A DNA stretch of 64,000 bases, from positions 78,825-142,824 of the forward strand of contig CANGVA010000003.1 of assembly GCA_947457395.1 (NCBI GenBank), in the 5' to 3' direction. This document shows positions 37,365 through 45,884 of the stretch, one piece after another; position 1 is the first letter of the stretch; each line of letters starts with the position of its first letter. Source of the stretch: Bacteroidota bacterium (GTDB lineage Bacteria; Bacteroidota; Bacteroidia; UKL13-3). The notes beneath the pieces were generated by a model. The model was not told where the DNA came from and searched no databases. It saw only the letters and a list, made by a program, of their open reading frames with translations. Both the position numbers and the translations under genes were made by a program.

Positions 37365-39362
37365 ATGTTTTGCATGGTGTTTGTTGTTTTTGTGCCCTCT
37401 ATGGCACAGCAAGCGGACACCGCAAAAAGTAAGCAATTAGATGATGTGGTGATAACGGGGCAGTATGGCGAAAATTCCCTTTCGCAATCGGTTTACAGGG
37501 TAAAGGTAATTGGGCAAAAAAGAATTGAGCAGCAAGGTGCAGTTAACCTGCGTGATTTGTTAAACAATGAACTGAATATGCGTATAAACAACGACCCCGC
37601 ACTGGGTAGTGGTTTAAGCATTCAGGGCATCAATGGGCAAAACATAAAAATTATGATTGATGGTGTGCCCATTATTGGTCGTGAAGGAAATTTTATCGAT
37701 CTCAATCAGCTTAATCTAAATAATATTGAACGAATAGAAGTAGTTGAAGGGCCCATGAGTGTGAGTTTTGGAACCGATGCACTGGGCGGTGTTATTAATC
37801 TTATTACAAAGAAATCATACAAGCATCAGGATCAACTAGGAGCCAAAATATACTACGAAAATATTGGGCAGTATAACCTGAATTTATTTACAAGTATCTA
37901 TTTGAACAGAGAATGGCGTTTGGAGGTAAACGGATCAAGAAACTTTTTTGAAGGCTTTGCTCAAAATGAGGATTCACGCGTAAAACTATGGAAGCCACGC
38001 ACACAATATTTTGGAGATTTAAGTATATCTAAAAAATATTCTAACTCATCGCTCCGTTTAACCGCTAGTATTTTGGATGAGAAGGTTACCAACAGAGATT
38101 CCGGAACCATTACACCTTATAGCGCATACGGAATAGATCAGTATTATTACACCAGAAGGGCATCAACTGCGGTATTTTATGAGCGAAAACTTTTTAGCAA
38201 CCATTCACTACATGTAGTGGCCGCCTACAACCATTACAGGCGCATTGTAAATACTATTAGAAAAGATCTTGTTACACTGGAGGAATCGCTGATACCTGAA
38301 GCTCACTTGCAGGATACAGGTTACTTTAGTAATATAATGAGTAGAGGAACATTCTCCAGAAATAAGGATAAGGCTAAATATAATTATCAGTTTGGTTATG
38401 AAGCAACGCATGATCAGTTTAACGGTAGCCGCATTGCTAATGGTAGTCAATCTATTACAGATATCAGTGGTTTTGCCAGTATGGAACTTAAGTTCTTTCA
38501 GCGGCTGCTGGTTAGGCCCGGAATACGTCTAACCTATAACAGTAAGTATCAGGCCCCGCTTATACCTTCGATAAATATTAAATGGGATATTCGCTCGGAC
38601 CTAAGCCTTCGTGCTTCCTTCGGAAGAGGATTCAGATCACCTACGTTAAAGGAATTGTATTTAAGCTTTACAGATCCTGCACACAATATTAAGGGTAACC
38701 CAGATTTAAAAGCTGAAACGCAAAATAATTATCAGGTAAGTCTAACACACCAGCATAGAATGCAGGACCAAATGCTTAAAATGGATGTCGCATTTTTTTA
38801 CAATGAAATCTTTAACAAAATAGATTTAGTTTTATTAAACAGCACCAATGTGGAGGCACGTTATTCATCCATCAGTGATTTTAGAAATGTCGGTACTAAT
38901 GTTACAGCTGAATATGTGGCACCAGATTATGCAGTGAGTTTGGGCTATGCACTCATAGGTATCAATAATACTTTTACCAATCTATTGGAGTCTGACAAGT
39001 ATTTTACAACCCAGGAGTATCGTTGTAATGCGCGTTATCTGATTCGAAAAATCAAAACGCAGATTTCATTGTTTTATAAGTATAATTCCCGCATGCAGCT
39101 ATTTCAATATAATATTAACGAAGGGCAGGTTAGAACCGGTTTTATTCAAGGATTTGCTTTGTTTGATTTAACAGCAGGCAGAAGTTTTTTTAAACAAAAA
39201 CTGGCTATTCAAACTGGCATAAAAAATATATTGGATGTGCTCAATGTTCAGGCCAGTTTAGTTACTGGTCCGCATGCACCGGCTGGAAACAACGCTGCAG
39301 TAGCAATGGGTAGAACTTACTTTTGTGCAGTTCAATATCAATTAAGTATAGATAAGCGATGA
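37365..39362 (+). CDS. TonB-dependent outer-membrane receptor (HmuR-like)
   Basis: Signal peptide, plug-domain motif IEVVEGPMSVSFGTDALGGVINLITK, and a C-terminal beta-barrel. The ORF-track start at 37323 is TTG and an in-frame ATG is at 37365. Confidence 0.85.
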   Translation: MFCMVFVVFVPSMAQQADTAKSKQLDDVVITGQYGENSLSQSVYRVKVIGQKRIEQQGAVNLRDLLNNELNMRINNDPALGSGLSIQGINGQNIKIMIDGVPIIGREGNFIDLNQLNLNNIERIEVVEGPMSVSFGTDALGGVINLITKKSYKHQDQLGAKIYYENIGQYNLNLFTSIYLNREWRLEVNGSRNFFEGFAQNEDSRVKLWKPRTQYFGDLSISKKYSNSSLRLTASILDEKVTNRDSGTITPYSAYGIDQYYYTRRASTAVFYERKLFSNHSLHVVAAYNHYRRIVNTIRKDLVTLEESLIPEAHLQDTGYFSNIMSRGTFSRNKDKAKYNYQFGYEATHDQFNGSRIANGSQSITDISGFASMELKFFQRLLVRPGIRLTYNSKYQAPLIPSINIKWDIRSDLSLRASFGRGFRSPTLKELYLSFTDPAHNIKGNPDLKAETQNNYQVSLTHQHRMQDQMLKMDVAFFYNEIFNKIDLVLLNSTNVEARYSSISDFRNVGTNVTAEYVAPDYAVSLGYALIGINNTFTNLLESDKYFTTQEYRCNARYLIRKIKTQISLFYKYNSRMQLFQYNINEGQVRTGFIQGFALFDLTAGRSFFKQKLAIQTGIKNILDVLNVQASLVTGPHAPAGNNAAVAMGRTYFCAVQYQLSIDKR

Positions 39363-40375
39363 TTAAAGTTAGATATACCGCATATATGTTGACAATGGCT
39401 ATTTTCTTTTCATCATGTGAGAAGGAGGAAGTGCCCATTAAATTACCACCTAAAGATCATAATGTTGGTATGATGAGCGTTGATTTAGGCACAGAATACG
39501 ATAAGCAGGTTTATATTAATCTTGACTCAGGAATAGTTCAATCAGTAGATAATAATTTATGGGATCTAAGTTTTGATGCAGCACCGGAAGGTTTTGCTAT
39601 TTATATAAATGGAGGCAAGAATGTGTTGGTAGCAAATACCGGTAGCACAGATTTTTCTGATATCAGAATCACTTCTGAGTTAAATTGGCGCTGGGATGAG
39701 TCTTCAGGCAATCCGGATTCACTTGCGTTGAGCAATTGGTGTAATCTGCATAATCGCAGATCATATGACAGTGTTTATGTTATCGATAGGGGAATGGGAT
39801 CAAGCAATGCCAATAATTATTTTAAGTTTAAGATAATTGCTGTGACACCGCAGAAGTATGTTATTTCAGTTGCAGATATGAAGGGCAGATTTATTAAAGA
39901 AACAAATGTTTATAAGTCTCCTGATAAGATGCTGGTATATTTTTCATTCGATAACGGGGGTACATATCATAATTTTGAGCCCTCTATTCACCAATGGCAT
40001 TTTAAGTTTTTACGTTACCGGTGGGTTTATTATGAATTTACCCCACCGCTGCTGTATCAGGTTACAGGTGTTCATTTAAACAAACGAATGTTTGATGTAG
40101 CGGTAGATAGTACACTCCAGTTCTACGATATTAAGTTCGACCACTCCTTGAGTCCTACACTTTGTTATTCAAATGACAGGGATCAAATCGGGTTTGAATG
40201 GAAGTATCCTGATTTTACACCAAATGGTGTGCGCTATCGAACCAGAAGTTATATTAATTACTTTTTAAGACACCAGCACATGCATGCAACCGTTTATAAA
40301 CTTCGTTTTCTCGATTTTTATGACGATAAAGGAAATAAGGGCTCGCCACGGTTTGAATTCCAGCTACTGCATTAA
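39359..40375 (+). CDS. HmuY-like family lipoprotein (paralog of 36024..37316)
   Basis: Lipobox MAIFFSSCEKEE. NNLWDLSFDA and HQWHFKFLRY parallel the NNNWHIAFS and ANWDLLFTRY motifs of the upstream T9SS protein. Start overlaps the receptor stop (ATGA at 39359-39362). Confidence 0.5.
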   Translation: MIKVRYTAYMLTMAIFFSSCEKEEVPIKLPPKDHNVGMMSVDLGTEYDKQVYINLDSGIVQSVDNNLWDLSFDAAPEGFAIYINGGKNVLVANTGSTDFSDIRITSELNWRWDESSGNPDSLALSNWCNLHNRRSYDSVYVIDRGMGSSNANNYFKFKIIAVTPQKYVISVADMKGRFIKETNVYKSPDKMLVYFSFDNGGTYHNFEPSIHQWHFKFLRYRWVYYEFTPPLLYQVTGVHLNKRMFDVAVDSTLQFYDIKFDHSLSPTLCYSNDRDQIGFEWKYPDFTPNGVRYRTRSYINYFLRHQHMHATVYKLRFLDFYDDKGNKGSPRFEFQLLH

Positions 40376-40406
40376 ACATTATGCACAGTAGGTTAGCAAT
40401 GCTTGA

Positions 40407-41666
40407 TTATTTGATACGTAAACGAACATCCACCAGTCTTGTTTTATCAGTAGATACAATGGTGAATTCAAACTTTTCAATTTCAATAATTTCACCTCGT
40501 CTGGGTATATTTTCATACCTGGCAAGAATGTAGCCACCCAAGGTTTGGTAATCACCTTCAGGTATATGGAGGCTGTATTTATCGTTCAGGTAATCTATTT
40601 CAAGGCGGGCATTAAATAGAAATTCCTTTTCGCTGAGTTGCTTTTCGGTAAGTTGCTCCACATCATGCTCATCTTCTATCTCACCAAAAATTTCTTCCAT
40701 AATATCTTCAATGGTTACGATACCTGCAGTAACACCTAGTTCATCAACCACCAGTGCAATACTTTTTCTTGAGCGTGTAAAAATATTCAGAAGTTCATTG
40801 GCAGCCATCGTTTCCGTTGCTATTTCTATTGGTATTAGAATGGAACGAATGGTCTGTGGTTTTTTAAACAGATCTTTCTGGTGCACGTAACCAATTATAT
40901 GGTCTACATTGTTGTTATGCACAAGGATTTTTGAAAGTCCTGTATTCACAAATTTCATATACAAGTCATCAACACTTGACTGTATGGAAATACTAACCAG
41001 TTCTGTTCGGGGGGTCATGCAATCACGTACCTTCACATTGGCAAAATCCAGTGCGTTCTTAAAAATCTCTGTATCCACATCTGCATCTTCGTCCAAATCT
41101 TCTACGCTGTCTGAAATATACTGGTCTAAATCTACCTTGCTAAAAACCGGTGTATTTTCGGTAAAATTTAATTTAAATAAATTGTTCAGAATAAACTTTG
41201 CTAGCCAGGTAATAAAATGCACCAATGGCCAGAACAGATAATATGTGAGCAAGAAAGGAACAGCCAGCACGCGCAATACAATATCAGGGTTTATTCTGAA
41301 TAGAGCCTTAGGAATAAACTCACCCATCACCAAAACAATAATAGTGGATACAACAGTTGATATAAACAATAGCAGAAATTTCTTCTCCGCAATACCGGGT
41401 AATATATCATGTAGAATGGGGTCAAGAAAAGCACCCATATAAATACCATATAAAACTAAGCCCAAATTATTGCCAACAAGCGTGGTGCTTATGAAACGTG
41501 AGGGATTGCTTACAAACGGTGATAGTATTTTAGCTGATAAGCTACCTTGCTTGTTTCTTAGTTCAATCAGCAACTTATTTGCGGTTATAAATGCAATTTC
41601 AATTCCGGAAAAAAACGCAGAAATGAGGATGCTAATAGTGATGATAAGAATGGTGTTTGAATCCAT
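40407..41666 (-). CDS. CorC/HlyC-family transporter-associated protein (DUF21-CBS pair-CorC_HlyC; hemolysin/GldE-like)
   Basis: N-terminal DUF21 TM domain (AFFSGIEIAF), CBS pair, and a C-terminal CorC_HlyC domain. The ORF-track start at 41675 is TTG and an ATG is at 41666. Confidence 0.8.
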   Translation of the reverse strand: MDSNTILIITISILISAFFSGIEIAFITANKLLIELRNKQGSLSAKILSPFVSNPSRFISTTLVGNNLGLVLYGIYMGAFLDPILHDILPGIAEKKFLLLFISTVVSTIIVLVMGEFIPKALFRINPDIVLRVLAVPFLLTYYLFWPLVHFITWLAKFILNNLFKLNFTENTPVFSKVDLDQYISDSVEDLDEDADVDTEIFKNALDFANVKVRDCMTPRTELVSISIQSSVDDLYMKFVNTGLSKILVHNNNVDHIIGYVHQKDLFKKPQTIRSILIPIEIATETMAANELLNIFTRSRKSIALVVDELGVTAGIVTIEDIMEEIFGEIEDEHDVEQLTEKQLSEKEFLFNARLEIDYLNDKYSLHIPEGDYQTLGGYILARYENIPRRGEIIEIEKFEFTIVSTDKTRLVDVRLRIK

Positions 41667-41702
41667 GAGTTTCAAAAATAAGGTAAGCGGCTCAATTAAT
41701 CA

Positions 41703-41882
41703 CTATGGCTTTCCATCACCTTTTTTCCTGCGATAATAAAATATTACTCCAAACAGGATGGCCATGATAAAATATAAATAGCCCTTATCTTTCATTACAT
41801 GTTCAAAAATGCTAATATAAATACCAACCAGAAATGATGATATTGCCAGCACCAGCCAATTATAGAAAATGATGCGTTTCAT
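41703..41882 (-). CDS. Unannotated small membrane protein ORF (59 aa, two predicted TM helices), not in the ORF track because it is under 60 aa
   Basis: MKRIIFYNWLVLAISSFLVGIYISIFEHVMKDKGYLYFIMAILFGVIFYYRRKKGDGKP. Its ATG overlaps the TGA of the upstream lipoprotein gene (ATGA at 41879-41882). Confidence 0.3.
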   Translation of the reverse strand: MKRIIFYNWLVLAISSFLVGIYISIFEHVMKDKGYLYFIMAILFGVIFYYRRKKGDGKP

Positions 41883-42421
41883 GGTTTCTTTAAGTTGATG
41901 GTTCCCCTGATTTTGAAAATCTTGTATTCTGTAAACTCAGTATTGGACTCAAGTCCATCGCCTAGTATAATCTGATCGGGAGTGGTAATGCGAATAAATT
42001 TATCGGTATAAATCTTTTGTGTGGTTTCATCCCAGGTAAGTAATTCTGTTCTCAGCGTATCGCCTTTATTATTAACCAAGATTACATCATCCCGCGCCAC
42101 CATCTTACGCTCTCGATCGAGGCGGATGGCATATTTGGATTTAAGATAACTTTCAACTTTTTTATTTTTATTTAAGAAGTAGGCAGTCATACCTTGCTTC
42201 ATAACGGTTTCATTTCTCTCTTCATTGGCATAACGCTCCATCATGGGTGCAAAAATTTTGGCCTTAACATAACCGGAGTCGGTATAATTAATAACCATAT
42301 TTTTACCTGTTTCCAGCGGCATGTTTCTGCGATCTGTCATCACCTTCACTTTATCCGCATCATTAACACCACAGGCAGCCGTTAAAAAAAAACCAATTAC
42401 AATTAGTAGCGATTTAGTCAT
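41879..42421 (-). CDS. Hypothetical lipoprotein (possibly LptC/OstA-like fold)
   Basis: Lipobox IGFFLTAACGV. The ORF-track start at 42463 lies upstream of the likely ATG at 42421. ~180 aa with a beta-rich, LptC-like composition; the family assignment is weak. Confidence 0.45.
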   Translation of the reverse strand: MTKSLLIVIGFFLTAACGVNDADKVKVMTDRRNMPLETGKNMVINYTDSGYVKAKIFAPMMERYANEERNETVMKQGMTAYFLNKNKKVESYLKSKYAIRLDRERKMVARDDVILVNNKGDTLRTELLTWDETTQKIYTDKFIRITTPDQIILGDGLESNTEFTEYKIFKIRGTINLKKP

Positions 42422-43682
42422 ACTTATAGCGGGTAAACCACTTGTCGCTAACTGAAACACCAAGTGTAAATCTGAAATATTCTTCTTGAATTAACCCAAC
42501 TTTAGTGGTGCCGCGCATGAGGTATTCAAAACCAATGTTTAGTTTGTTTCTTGATTTACCAAGCGGCAGGCCAAGACCAACAGACAGGCCCAGATTGCCA
42601 ATATTTTCACCGTCAATCTTAAGGCTGCCGTTGTTATATCTGATACCAGCACGGTATTCAACCCTGCTGAAATAATTTTTAAAATCGAGATAATTGGGTA
42701 CCCAAGATCCGCCTGCATTTATGCCAAAAGAATTAAACAATGAATCGCTGGATCCAAAGATTCTGTAATCACTCCATTGGGTATAATTTGCCTCTGCACC
42801 CACAAACCATTTATCTTTTTTATTTAAGCCAATACCCAAAGCGTATGATGCAGGTAAAATAATATTACCTGAAATATTGTTGCGATAATCAATGGTATCA
42901 ACCACTCCAATTAAGCCGCCAATACCCATCGATTTAACAAAAAATTCACGTTGTGCGCTTAGATTACTTTGTTGCATTATGCTTCCGGCAATAATTACAC
43001 GGTAATTGGTGTCTTTTAGGTTATGCTGGTATTGAAAACTATATTGAAACTGAAAATCTCCGGCAATAATGCGGTTCTGATTTTCAATATTGAATCGCTT
43101 AAATTCACTAGGAATAATTAGCGTTTGCGTGTTTTCAAGTGTTCCAAAAATATAGGAAGCCTGTATACCGGCAGAGAACCCCTTGAACAATGAAATTCCT
43201 GTACCTCCGTAAAAACGGGTTAACCCGCCCATACCTTTTTGTTTAATGGTAGCAGTATAATCAGGAAAAATAGCTTTGCTGCTCACGTCATAACCCATAT
43301 TGCTATATGGGTCTAAGCCAAATCCAAATCCCCATTTTAACTTGTATGAAAGAGGAAAGGCAATTCTGAAATAGCTAAATGAATAACTTTCAACTGGTGA
43401 TGAGCTGGTTGCATTGGTTAGTGTTCCGTTGCTATATTCTGCACCAGCCTCAATAACTGTTTGCAGCAAGCTGCCATAGGAGGCAGGATTGGTTGAGTTT
43501 ATTTCAAACGGATTATTTAGCGTAAGGCTTAACTGGCCCATGCCAAATTGTTTAACTGTACCGCCAAAATGCTGTTCCCCGATACCAAAGGCAGAATATG
43601 GCGAACGGGTGAAATTTTGTGCCATCGCTGCAAGTGGTATAGCAATCATACAGAAAACCAGCCTAATGGCATTATTTAACAT
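42414..43682 (-). CDS. Hypothetical outer-membrane beta-barrel protein (porin-like)
   Basis: Signal peptide MLNNAIRLVFCMIAIPLAAMAQ; an SPYSAFGIGE motif; alternating amphipathic strands; C-terminal aromatic residue. Confidence 0.5.
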   Translation of the reverse strand: MLNNAIRLVFCMIAIPLAAMAQNFTRSPYSAFGIGEQHFGGTVKQFGMGQLSLTLNNPFEINSTNPASYGSLLQTVIEAGAEYSNGTLTNATSSSPVESYSFSYFRIAFPLSYKLKWGFGFGLDPYSNMGYDVSSKAIFPDYTATIKQKGMGGLTRFYGGTGISLFKGFSAGIQASYIFGTLENTQTLIIPSEFKRFNIENQNRIIAGDFQFQYSFQYQHNLKDTNYRVIIAGSIMQQSNLSAQREFFVKSMGIGGLIGVVDTIDYRNNISGNIILPASYALGIGLNKKDKWFVGAEANYTQWSDYRIFGSSDSLFNSFGINAGGSWVPNYLDFKNYFSRVEYRAGIRYNNGSLKIDGENIGNLGLSVGLGLPLGKSRNKLNIGFEYLMRGTTKVGLIQEEYFRFTLGVSVSDKWFTRYKYD

Positions 43683-44400
43683 TGTAATGGAGTATTTGGT
43701 TAAGTCCTTCCAACACAAGATTGGGGGCAGCAAATATGTTGTTTTTTAGCTGTTTCTGCAAAATACCTGCATTGCCACCGCAAAGTAGGGTTTGCAGTTC
43801 CCGATAGGTTTCTTCATAACGGCTGATGCGCCCATTTATTTCATCAATCAACCCAAAATAGGCTCCGGCAAGCAGGCAAGCAGCGGTGTTTTTACCTGTA
43901 ATTTGTTCAGGTATCTGCCACTCAGGAAGCGGTAGGCGTTGTGTAAAGGTTTGCATGGCGCGCAGGCGCATGTGCAAACCGGGCGAAATAGCACCTCCTT
44001 GATAATGTCCGTCAGCAGTTAACAGATCATATGTAACACAGGTGCCACTATCAATTACCAATACCGGCTTATCCGGATGCCTTGCCTTTGCCCCTGCAAT
44101 ACCAGCAAGTCTGTCGGCTCCTAGTGTTTGTGGAGTTTCATAATCGTTGATGAATGGCAACGGGGTATGAGCGGAAAATATCAGACAAGGCAAGGGAGCA
44201 AGTAATTTCTGAATAAGATTGGAATCAACCGATACAGAACTGATGATGGCAACGGATGCATTATGCAGGTGCGCTGTTATGTTACTTACATCGATTAGTG
44301 GCAGCACATGTAAGGATGCAAGCTCATTGCCGTTAAAATGTGCAAGTTTGATGAGTGTATTACCTGCATCTACCACCAATGTGTGTTTTATTGCAGCCAT
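43672..44400 (-). CDS. coaX: Type III pantothenate kinase
   Basis: LVVDAGNTLIK (DxGNT), GADRL, VIDSGTCVTYD. Confidence 0.85.
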   Translation of the reverse strand: MAAIKHTLVVDAGNTLIKLAHFNGNELASLHVLPLIDVSNITAHLHNASVAIISSVSVDSNLIQKLLAPLPCLIFSAHTPLPFINDYETPQTLGADRLAGIAGAKARHPDKPVLVIDSGTCVTYDLLTADGHYQGGAISPGLHMRLRAMQTFTQRLPLPEWQIPEQITGKNTAACLLAGAYFGLIDEINGRISRYEETYRELQTLLCGGNAGILQKQLKNNIFAAPNLVLEGLNQILHYNVK

Positions 44401-45197
44401 GTAATTTCTTTATTACTGAAATTTGTAACAGTTTTACCGGTTTGTACGCGTAGGCTGCCTTCTTCATTAATACCCATAGGAATGCCCTCTTCCGGTTCTT
44501 TATCTATTAAAAAGCGAGTTTGCAAACCTTTACGGTACATAACTTGTTCGTAAGCAGCAATAAGTGCTCCCAAATCCTGCATATACATTTTGTTAATGCT
44601 GCGCTGCAAGCAATTAATCAATAATTTTAGCAGGGATTTTAGCTCATAATTTGCACCGGTTAGCTGTGCCAAGGATGTGGCATTGCTGCTTGTAAAATGT
44701 GTTTGGTTTATATTCATCCCAATGCCGCAAATGCTTTGCCTGATAAACTCTCCCTGCAGGCTGTTTTCTATTAGTAAGCCGGCAATTTTTTTATCACCCG
44801 CATATATATCATTTGGCCATTTGATGCTTGCCTGCCCATTGGCATATGCAGAAACGAATTCATGCACGCCTAAACTTAATGCCAGGTTTATTTTTACTTG
44901 TTCCTGCGCATGTAGGTTGTGTGGGAATAATACTATGCTTACCGTAAGATTCAGATCTTTTGCTGCTTCCCACTTATTTTCTCCCTGACCCCTTCCTGCA
45001 TATTGGTAATGAGCACAAATAACCGCTCCGTCATCACAGGCGCCCCGCTCGCATAAGTGTTTGGCTATGTTATTGGTAGAATCTGCTTCATCTAGCCAAA
45101 TGACAGAAGATCCAATGTGATGTTGCAAAATGTTTACCTTTGCAGCCAAAGATAGAAAAAATGGCGAAGAAAGAACCTGCAAAAAAGAAAGCAGCAC
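44388..45197 (-). CDS. birA: Biotin--[acetyl-CoA-carboxylase] ligase (BirA, catalytic domain only)
   Basis: WLDEADSTNN, YAGRGQGENKW, KWPNDIY.GDKKIAGLLIE. The ORF-track start at 45197 is GTG and overlaps the divergent rsfS ORF; the true start is probably further in (for example TTG at ~45149). Confidence 0.75.
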   Translation of the reverse strand: MLLSFLQVLSSPFFLSLAAKVNILQHHIGSSVIWLDEADSTNNIAKHLCERGACDDGAVICAHYQYAGRGQGENKWEAAKDLNLTVSIVLFPHNLHAQEQVKINLALSLGVHEFVSAYANGQASIKWPNDIYAGDKKIAGLLIENSLQGEFIRQSICGIGMNINQTHFTSSNATSLAQLTGANYELKSLLKLLINCLQRSINKMYMQDLGALIAAYEQVMYRKGLQTRFLIDKEPEEGIPMGINEEGSLRVQTGKTVTNFSNKEITWLQ

Positions 45198-45634
45198 CTA
45201 AAAAAACAGCAGTAAAAAAAGTAAGTACCAAGCCCAAAGCAGAGCGACCCAAAACAAAGAAAGTTGCAGATGTTACTACCTATAGCAGCATGGCACTTGC
45301 AAAGGCTGTGGCACAGGGTATGTTTGAGTTAAAGGCAGAAGACATTAAGATACTGGATATGCGAAACATTGATAAGGCATCAGCTGACTTCTTTGTTATT
45401 TGTCATGCAAAATCAGATAAACAGGTGGAAGCTATTGGTGATTCAGTAGAAGAAGAAGTTTTTAAAATATTTAAAGAATGGCCGTGGCACCGTGAGGGCT
45501 ATGAAAATTTGGAGTGGGTGTTATTGGACTATATAGATGTGGTGGCGCATATTTTTCAGCAGGAAAAGCGCGAGTTTTATGCAGTAGAGGAACTGTGGGG
45601 CGATGCCGTAGATATCCCTTTTGAGGGAAAATAG
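45161..45634 (+). CDS. rsfS: Ribosome silencing factor RsfS (Iojap family) with a Lys/Ala/Pro-rich N-terminal extension
   Basis: Core DIKILDMRNIDKASADFFVICHAKSDKQVEAIGDSVEE...WVLLDYIDVVAHIFQQEKREFYAVEELWGDA matches the RsfS/DUF143 fold. It is preceded by MAKKEPAKKKAAPKKTAVKKVSTKPKAERPKTKKV. The ORF-track start at 45140 is TTG. Confidence 0.8.
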   Translation: MAKKEPAKKKAAPKKTAVKKVSTKPKAERPKTKKVADVTTYSSMALAKAVAQGMFELKAEDIKILDMRNIDKASADFFVICHAKSDKQVEAIGDSVEEEVFKIFKEWPWHREGYENLEWVLLDYIDVVAHIFQQEKREFYAVEELWGDAVDIPFEGK

Positions 45635-45884
45635 ACGAATGAAGCGATATGCGAGAAACGAGAAAACAGAAGAAAGATCGATGCGCTAAAAGAGCAGAGA
45701 AGTGTGAAACGAAATTCAATGCTGAAATTTGAATGTAAATAGTGCGGTTGTGAACTTTGAACGGCTAAAACTTAACAGCTGATTCTAAATTAACCCATAA
45801 AAAGCCGATCATACAACCTTTCAACCTTGTTGTCTTCTAACCTTCTAATTTTCCCTTCCCCTTAATTTTATTATTTTCGTTGCA

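Noticed and set aside
41879-42421. Considered calling this lipoprotein GldD, partner of the GldE-like CorC gene
   Set aside because: In Flavobacterium johnsoniae gldE lies upstream of gldD. Here the lipoprotein is upstream of the CorC-family gene, and I cannot recall any GldD sequence motif to support the call. It is left as a hypothetical lipoprotein.
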